Source: a virus. From it: 64,000 bases of DNA. The stretch lies in IMG/VR virus record IMGVR_UViG_3300026116_000003, positions 10,136-74,135 of that record, one strand, 5' to 3'. The translations under genes were made by a program, and so were the position numbers. Within the stretch, counting starts at the first letter, position 1. Every line of letters starts with the position of its first letter. Shown in pieces: positions 58,435 to 64,000 of the stretch. The notes under the pieces were generated by a model, which worked only from the letters and a program-made list of their open reading frames with translations, searched no databases and was not told where the DNA came from.

Positions 58435-59515
58435 TTGACTTTCGATTCATTAAAAAATCCAATTCCATTCCATAATTATCTCTTTCGCTGGAGATGGAAA
58501 CACCTTCTTTGAGCTTGAGCCGATTCTTGGCAAACGGCCGATAATTGATGGAGTGTTGCCAGCGTCCCCATTTCTTTTTTATTTCTACGAGATTGCCGTG
58601 CTGCTTCTGGAGCGACTTGGCCATCCGCAGTCTTCCATCGCCCTGGTAAAGCTCGTCCGTATTGCCGCCGGCCATGGTCATCGTCTGCACCTTGTCTATC
58701 AGGAACGTATTGAACAAGACCGTGCAGAGCCCCGCTTTCAATACGCGCAGAGAGAGGTCTGTGTCTTCGTTGTAGCGTCCCCTCCAGCGATAGGGCAAAT
58801 CGTTCCGGATAAGGATACAGGAATAGATGCGCGTGTTCAAAGTAAACGGATTGATGGACGGGCTCTTTCTCGGGGCGAACATGAAATAATTCATCCCCGC
58901 CAGCCCGACGTTGGAGTATCTATCGGCAAAGTCTTCAGCGGCCCGGAACGTGCTGCCGGATTGCACTTCCACTTTCAAGTTGTCGTTCAGACGGTAGAAC
59001 CCTCTGATATTGTCGTCGAGAATCCAATGGCGCTCGGCTCCGCTCGCAAAAGCGTGCTGCCAAATCCAGTTGCGAGCAGGGATAGAACCCTTCCCCAAGT
59101 TAGAGAACGGCAGGACCAGAATCTTTTTCTGGTCAATCACCTTTGCATACGCTTTGAGCTCCTGTGGCTCGACCACGATATGGTAAGGGACTTTGATTCG
59201 CTCCAGAGCTCTGGCAGTCAAGCGAGATTCCCAACGGCCTTTCGAGACGATATAAATCGGATATCTCGGGTTGATTTGCGACTGACTAAAATATCGCTTG
59301 TCGACATACCTGGTAATCTTCGCTTTCGGAAACCAGATGGACCGCGTGCGGTGCGTTACCGTTTGCCCGATTAGCTGGGCAAATTGCTCTTGGTCTTCAA
59401 CGCTGGAGAAATGGACGATAATCGACTTGAACGGCATCAGGTTGCGTTGCTTGAAATCGGGCATTCCGACCCATTCCCGCTCCCGGTCTTTGGGAATATC
59501 CAAGAGAGTTTTCAT
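58427..59515 (-). CDS. TAGT/GREB1-like glycosyltransferase, copy 1
   Basis: Same motif set; clear tandem paralog of 57298-58434. Confidence 0.8.
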   Translation of the reverse strand: MKTLLDIPKDREREWVGMPDFKQRNLMPFKSIIVHFSSVEDQEQFAQLIGQTVTHRTRSIWFPKAKITRYVDKRYFSQSQINPRYPIYIVSKGRWESRLTARALERIKVPYHIVVEPQELKAYAKVIDQKKILVLPFSNLGKGSIPARNWIWQHAFASGAERHWILDDNIRGFYRLNDNLKVEVQSGSTFRAAEDFADRYSNVGLAGMNYFMFAPRKSPSINPFTLNTRIYSCILIRNDLPYRWRGRYNEDTDLSLRVLKAGLCTVLFNTFLIDKVQTMTMAGGNTDELYQGDGRLRMAKSLQKQHGNLVEIKKKWGRWQHSINYRPFAKNRLKLKEGVSISSERDNYGMELDFLMNRKSNA

Positions 59516-59581
59516 TAGCTGCCGCTATATTGACACTCTTTTGCAATAAAAACAGGTCCTAGCGTGCATTCCTGACGGAAT
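59513..59581 (-). repeat. Dispersed repeat family, copy C (inverted)
   Basis: ATTCCGTCAGGAATGCACGCTAGGACC...TTGCAAAAGAGTGTCAATATAGCGGCAGCTAATG, ending on the start codon of 58427-59515. Confidence 0.8.
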
Positions 59582-59885
59582 TTGCGTGCTTTTGCAAGCG
59601 TATCTCTTTCTTGCGTCCTGAAAGTATTTGAATGGTAGCGATTACTCTGCGCGGACGTTGCTTGCGAGCTTTGACAATCTTAACAGCCCGCCGATAGCCC
59701 TTGAAGAGGAAGAGGTCTTCAACCAGAGTCAAGTAGAGCCGGCCGGGAGAGCCACAGAGCCGCGTCGGCTCGGGAAGCTTCCGATACCCTAAATACTGTC
59801 CGGTCTTCGCGTCAACGAAGTCCTCCACGTATCCCAGGACTTCTTCGGGGTGGGTTTCCGGATTGAAAAATTCGTTCATTGACAT
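59559..59885 (-). CDS. Hypothetical protein
   Basis: ORF in operon. Confidence 0.6.
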   Translation of the reverse strand: MSMNEFFNPETHPEEVLGYVEDFVDAKTGQYLGYRKLPEPTRLCGSPGRLYLTLVEDLFLFKGYRRAVKIVKARKQRPRRVIATIQILSGRKKEIRLQKHANSVRNAR

Positions 59886-60382
59886 TTCAACAATCGCCTC
59901 GCTTTGATTGCAGATACAGAAGTTTTATTACCAATTCCATACTTAGCGACTACCGGCTCGTCCGTTCGATGTCTGGGTTGAATCTTCATACCCGGCCAGT
60001 ACTCGCCACTCCAAACTTGTTCAATCTCTTCTGCTGTTCTTTGCATAACCGCCGATAGATATTTTACACTCTTCTTGGTCTTCTTGTGCTTCCCTTTGAA
60101 ATTTATAAGGAACAATCGCTCATTTTCATTCCACCTACAGTCTACTCGACTATGCCGACGGACTGGTATATAGTCAATCGGGCGCCGGTCTCGGTAGTTG
60201 CTCCAGAATTCCCAAATCCGTCGGATTACTCCATCAACTGTGCGATTAGTCGCTTTTGCTATTCGCATTTCCGACCAAACCCCGCTAAACCACATATTCA
60301 GCAATATCGTCGTCTGCTCAACCGTCCAACGAGGGTTCACTTTCTTCTTACCACAAATACTATCCGGCAACAAACCATCCAT
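59876..60382 (-). CDS. HTH/Myb-like repeat protein
   Basis: RWTVEQ...IAKATNRT and RWNENE...LSAVMQRT; paralogous to the N-terminus of 61195-61785. Confidence 0.65.
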   Translation of the reverse strand: MDGLLPDSICGKKKVNPRWTVEQTTILLNMWFSGVWSEMRIAKATNRTVDGVIRRIWEFWSNYRDRRPIDYIPVRRHSRVDCRWNENERLFLINFKGKHKKTKKSVKYLSAVMQRTAEEIEQVWSGEYWPGMKIQPRHRTDEPVVAKYGIGNKTSVSAIKARRLLKCQ

Positions 60383-60396
60383 AGATTTTTAACTCC

Positions 60397-60948
60397 TTAG
60401 CCCTGTGCGTCTATTATCTTTCGGGGCTCGACTTCGGCTAAGAAAGTCTCTAGTGGAATCCCGACGATAGCTGCCAGCTTCCCTCCGATAATCAAACAGA
60501 ACAAACCCGAAGGCGGAGGAAATACTGGCATAATTCGGTTCGCGTATTTCCAACTCAAGTAAACCATGGACACGCGCCGGTCCCGGCGGCAAATAAGCAT
60601 CCACGTCTGGCTCTTCGCTTGCCGGGCGCTCCGTCGAGCTTGGCGCAGCGCCGCTACGAAAGGGTGGGTTTTATTATCCCCTTTAACGTCCAGCAAGTCT
60701 CCCAAGCAACCGTGCGAGCGCCCGCGCTTGAGCTCGATGGTAAAGTAGCGGAGCAGTGGCTCGCCGATAGGGTCAACGGCCGCGATATCTCCGTAGCTGC
60801 CATACGTGCGCTGGCCCTTCTTCGCTCGCTGCGTCGCTCGTCCGCCAGATTGACTGGAGCGCCAGAATACATCGTCACGCTCGTCGCTTGTCCACCACTT
60901 GGAAAGCAGCTTGCAAATTTCTCTTTCAAATGCAGAACCTTTAGCCAT
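60397..60948 (-). CDS. Holliday junction resolvase (PD-(D/E)xK, Hjc-like)
   Basis: KGSAFEREICKLL, RSSQSGG, GDI, IELKRG; start MAKG. Confidence 0.82.
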   Translation of the reverse strand: MAKGSAFEREICKLLSKWWTSDERDDVFWRSSQSGGRATQRAKKGQRTYGSYGDIAAVDPIGEPLLRYFTIELKRGRSHGCLGDLLDVKGDNKTHPFVAALRQARRSARQAKSQTWMLICRRDRRVSMVYLSWKYANRIMPVFPPPSGLFCLIIGGKLAAIVGIPLETFLAEVEPRKIIDAQG

Positions 60949-61198
60949 TAGACTTCGGCAGTTCGACAAAGCACTTGTCAAATTCCTCGTTCGTTAGAAC
61001 GATACACGTCCCCTCGCTGACGCATACTATCCAATCCGTCAGCTTGACTTTCCCCCCACTCCGGTGAGTAAGGTGCTGCCCGCCGCCTAAATCATGGAAC
61101 GCTCGAAATACCCAAACCGGACGCGGCGAGTCTTTCAGAAACTGCCAGGCAGTTACGTCTTCGTGCGTCCCGTTGCGCAGCTGGTGAGTGGGTTTCAT
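60941..61198 (-). CDS. Hypothetical protein
   Basis: VTAWQF...TDWIV...EEFDKCF phage pattern. Confidence 0.65.
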   Translation of the reverse strand: MKPTHQLRNGTHEDVTAWQFLKDSPRPVWVFRAFHDLGGGQHLTHRSGGKVKLTDWIVCVSEGTCIVLTNEEFDKCFVELPKSNG

Positions 61199-61785
61199 TT
61201 CCGGTAAGGAACTTTTACTTTCTCTGGCGGCTTCCCGTGCTCGTCTTCGTATCGCTCGACCAAGTAAAGCGCCAACGTCTTGATTCGCTTGGGTCCCCAG
61301 AAGCCGTCCTTAGTTAACCCGAGCGCCCGGCTACCGCCGCCATACTCAACTTCCTCTTTGAATAAATCATCGTAAGCCTTGTTGGAAATAATCGGAGTCT
61401 TATAGACGTGATAAATATAGCGGTGAGCCATTACCAAGTCTAAAGAAGGAGCGAATACGCGGTCAGCTTTAGCAGCTGGAACTTGCTTGCCGGAGTCGTC
61501 GAGCTCGGAGATATCCCGAGCCAGCAGACGAGCGGTAGCTTCCACCGGGACGTTGCGCTTCTTGTGCTCCCGGATAACTACCTTCTCATTGAAAGTAAAC
61601 TTCTTTCCCTTCCGACTAGTCCGGCGGAACGGAATATAGTGGCGCTCGTTGCGAATCAGCTTCCCGAGCCGGCGAGTAATTTCTTCGACGTTAGAAACAA
61701 GTCTTACAGCAATCTGTTCCAGACTTGCTCCATTCAGAAAGAGCTCGACCATCCGGGTCGTCTCGCTTTTCTTCCAGCCGCTCAT
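61195..61785 (-). CDS. HTH-repeat protein fused to a LigA domain-Ia-like segment
   Basis: N-terminal helical repeats; HRYIYHVYKTPIISNKAYDDLFKE resembles NAD-ligase HxYxYYvlDxPxIsDxeYDxL; start MSGWKK. Confidence 0.6.
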   Translation of the reverse strand: MSGWKKSETTRMVELFLNGASLEQIAVRLVSNVEEITRRLGKLIRNERHYIPFRRTSRKGKKFTFNEKVVIREHKKRNVPVEATARLLARDISELDDSGKQVPAAKADRVFAPSLDLVMAHRYIYHVYKTPIISNKAYDDLFKEEVEYGGGSRALGLTKDGFWGPKRIKTLALYLVERYEDEHGKPPEKVKVPYRK

Positions 61786-61798
61786 AGGCGGCTCCCGG

Positions 61799-61969
61799 TT
61801 ACTTGACGGGCTGACCGAACGACTGCCAGCCCAGCAAGCCGAGCAGAACAAAAAGCATAGTATTGAACCCAATCGGCCGGAACGTGCCACCGCCAGAGGG
61901 CCAGAAAGCCCAGAAGCCGAAGAGCAGCCACGCTATCATGATTATCCAGAATAAAAGTCCTTTGCTCAT
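61799..61969 (-). CDS. Small two-TM membrane protein
   Basis: MSKGLLFWIIMIAWLLFGFW...MLFVLLGLLGWQSFG. Confidence 0.7.
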   Translation of the reverse strand: MSKGLLFWIIMIAWLLFGFWAFWPSGGGTFRPIGFNTMLFVLLGLLGWQSFGQPVK

Positions 61970-62008
61970 AGGAACGAAGCGTAGCAAAGCCAGCCAGAAT
62001 TGCAACTC

Positions 62009-62176
62009 TCATTGTTCAGCTCTCCTCCAGCCTGGCGGAACCGGGAAAGACTTCCATAGCGGATGCCCTTCATACAGTCCTTCCAACTGCCATATCGTTC
62101 CGTCGTCGCATAGAGCGAGCACGAAGTATTTGCCGACGGGGTCAATCGTCATAGAGATTTGAATTACTTTTCTCAC
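62009..62176 (-). CDS. 55-aa conserved phage protein (ALCDDGTIW motif)
   Basis: Manual translation MRKVIQIS...LALCDDGTIWQL...W..FPVPP; GTGA overlap. Confidence 0.65.
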   Translation of the reverse strand: MRKVIQISMTIDPVGKYFVLALCDDGTIWQLEGLYEGHPLWKSFPVPPGWRRAEQ

Positions 62177-62529
62177 AGCAGCCCCTTGCCGGTAAAAGAT
62201 TCATACGTCTTTACTTTGCGCTCGAGGTCTGCTACTTCAGCTTTGAGCTGCGTATTTTCTTCCTGCAATGTTATCACGTCCACTACAGTACCGTCGACCA
62301 GCGGACGGAAAGAAGCGACGAGCAAGCCGGGCCGCAGCACGTTGCTAGCTGCTCCCGCGCAGAAGTTGACGCAGCGGACTACCCGCTCCGTATTAGCGCG
62401 GGCTTCAATCAAGTTGCGCCCGCGCCCGCCAGCCGTCGAGACGTAAGCCAGCATCCCTTCTGGCCCGCTGGCGATTTCCGTTCCGGACCCTTCGGGCATT
62501 ACAAACCATGGCTCTTTCGTATGCGTCAT
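62173..62529 (-). CDS. Hypothetical protein (HTxxPW...ANxxRIVxCVN phage family)
   Basis: MTHTKEPW; ARANTERVVRCVN. Confidence 0.7.
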   Translation of the reverse strand: MTHTKEPWFVMPEGSGTEIASGPEGMLAYVSTAGGRGRNLIEARANTERVVRCVNFCAGAASNVLRPGLLVASFRPLVDGTVVDVITLQEENTQLKAEVADLERKVKTYESFTGKGLL

Positions 62530-63590
62530 ATATATCTCCGCTTTCTTTCTGGCAGACATTCACTTTCAATTTGTTTCCAAACCATCTCCGTCAGCTCCAC
62601 TACTTTTTGCTCCAGCCCCTCTTCCTCGATATGAGCGATAACTGCCCCACGCGAACCGGTAAACAGAATATCTTTTGCGTCAATCTCCTTGTCTTCGTTC
62701 TTTTTCCAGTGCTTCTCGGCCACCAGAAAATCGACGCACGAACCCACATCGTCAATTCCCAGACCGTAGTAAATCGGTATCTGCACCGCACGGTCTTTGC
62801 CCACTTTACCCGTCACCCTATTCTTCTTTACCTCGGCCAGGCAACGAGCCCCCACCGTGCGCGGCTTTCCTCTCACCGTTCGCAAAATCTTCCCCGCCAC
62901 GCTCGTCCATATTTCCAAGTTGGCGTAGAACCGCAACGCTCGCCCTCCAGCTCTGGTCCGCGTCTCAAATCCGAACTTGAGATTGTCTCGTGTCTGCCCG
63001 ATAACCAGGAGAATAGATTTCGTCCGCCGCAGCCCCGCGAGGACGTGGCGTAAATTCTCGCTATGGTATTTGGCTTTGCTGTCTCCATACGAGCCCTTGG
63101 AATCCTCTCCCTCCTCGGCGGCTTTCTTCTGGATGGCAAACTTTTTAGCAGCAGCTTTGGAAGTCAGCGCGTCTTGAGAATCGAGTACGTAGATAAACGG
63201 CCGGCGAGCTTTAATCAAGTCAGCCATGCGGTAGTAGAAAGATTCAATCGTGCTGGACTGGACCCACTTCATCCGCTTGGCCATATCCTTCCCAAAGTAG
63301 TGCGCGACATCCATCAAAGCTCCGCCCTCCACGTCGTCGTAAATCAGCTCGTAATTCTTGAAAGCCGGAGAGCGGCACGCTTCCGCGAAGCAAGACAAGC
63401 TTAGCCACGTCTTGCCGGAGACGCTATCCCCGACCAGATAGTAGTAGGCTCCTTTGAGATACCCGCAATCCGCACGGTCCGTACAAGCTAAATTGAGGAG
63501 AGTGCTCCCCGTCGAGAGAGCACCCTCCTTAGACAATACCGACTTCTCACGCGGCGCCAGCAATGCTTTCTTGTCCGCCGCGGTATTCAT
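62526..63590 (-). CDS. RecA/UvsX-like recombinase
   Basis: STGSTLLNLA, Walker A GDSVSGKT, DVEG, VLDS, IGQTR, GGRALRFYA, VKKNRV, GIDD; start MNTAAD. Confidence 0.88.
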   Translation of the reverse strand: MNTAADKKALLAPREKSVLSKEGALSTGSTLLNLACTDRADCGYLKGAYYYLVGDSVSGKTWLSLSCFAEACRSPAFKNYELIYDDVEGGALMDVAHYFGKDMAKRMKWVQSSTIESFYYRMADLIKARRPFIYVLDSQDALTSKAAAKKFAIQKKAAEEGEDSKGSYGDSKAKYHSENLRHVLAGLRRTKSILLVIGQTRDNLKFGFETRTRAGGRALRFYANLEIWTSVAGKILRTVRGKPRTVGARCLAEVKKNRVTGKVGKDRAVQIPIYYGLGIDDVGSCVDFLVAEKHWKKNEDKEIDAKDILFTGSRGAVIAHIEEEGLEQKVVELTEMVWKQIESECLPERKRRYI

Positions 63591-64000
63591 TACTTCTTCT
63601 TTTTCTTCGGCGCGGGCTCTTCGTCCCAATCGTCCTCGTCATCGTCTTCTTCGTCCTCGTCGTCTTTTACCGGCTTCTTCTTTTTCTTCGGAGCTTCGTC
63701 CTCTTCGTCGTCGTCTACTCGTTTCTTTTTCTTCGGAGCTGGAGCTTCTTCTTCTTCATCTTCCTCTTCATCTTCGTCAGCGTCCCAGCCCTTGTCATCT
63801 TTCTGGGAAGCAAAGCGATTTTTCTTTTTAGGTCGGGCTTCATCTTCGTCTTCCTCTTCGTCGTCAGTATCTTCTTCCTCGTCTTCGTCGTCGTCAGTAT
63901 CTTCTTCCTCGTCTTCGTCGTCGTCAGCCGGTTTCTTTTTCTTCTTTACAACGTGGTCTTTATCTTCATCGTCCACGTCGTCCTCGTCTTCGTCGTCGTC
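63590..64000 (-). CDS. Partial CDS: Asp/Glu- and Lys-rich low-complexity C-terminal tail (possibly of an ssDNA-binding protein)
   Basis: Frame open to the window edge; DDEDEEE and PKKKK blocks; upstream of the RecA-like gene. Confidence 0.6.
   Translation of the reverse strand, partial: DDDEDEDDVDDEDKDHVVKKKKKPADDDEDEEEDTDDDEDEEEDTDDEEEDEDEARPKKKNRFASQKDDKGWDADEDEEEDEEEEAPAPKKKKRVDDDEEDEAPKKKKKPVKDDEDEEDDDEDDWDEEPAPKKKKK

Noticed and set aside
59530-59552. TTGACA...TAAAAA as a plus-strand sigma70 promoter
   Set aside because: Spacer is only 11 nt; part of the dispersed repeat
1-64000. Alternative genetic code, tRNA/rRNA genes, reverse transcriptase/DGR, integrase
   Set aside because: Core genes are intact under code 11 with all three stops used; no cloverleaf, rRNA, YxDD RT or recombinase motifs recognised by eye

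Overview
The window is a 64-kb slice of a tailed dsDNA phage genome (siphovirus-like: HK97-fold capsid, tape measure, lambda-like L/K/J tail tip, -1 frameshifted tail chaperones). Almost everything is encoded on the minus strand; the exception is a plus-strand Mre11/split-Rad50 module at 13.7-17.2 kb. Layout: (1) 0.2-10.3 kb, about 24 small early/host-takeover genes (DUF932, DUF6011, DUF2786 and others); (2) primase, RHH protein, SNF2 helicase and a sigma-factor-like protein; (3) split SbcCD; (4) tail module interrupted by an ~8-kb insert (SGNH tailspike, LamG lectin, holin/lipoprotein-like genes, stand-alone response regulator, secreted BACON-like protein, beta-helix enzyme, J-domain); (5) head/neck genes; (6) a ~7-kb glycosyltransferase/methyltransferase cluster, MuF with a ParB-like plus GNAT-like extension, portal and terminase; (7) two tandem TAGT/GREB1-like glycosyltransferases, a resolvase and a RecA-like protein. 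The most striking feature is regulatory. The early region is built from gene cassettes separated by 12 copies of a ~28-bp repeat that reads as a sigma28/FliA-type promoter (TAAA-N15-GWCGATAW). Nine copies sit 6-7 nt before an ATG (predicted leaderless mRNAs), and the repeat is often fused to the previous gene's stop codon. Two copies of a 130-bp sigma54-type module (paired enhancer-like sites, IHF-like site, -24/-12 box, leaderless ATG) lie in the same region, close to a phage sigma-like gene. One protein motif suggests a Verrucomicrobiota host (inference). No rRNA, tRNA, CRISPR array, integrase or endolysin was recognised. All family calls are by-eye motif recognition, not database searches.
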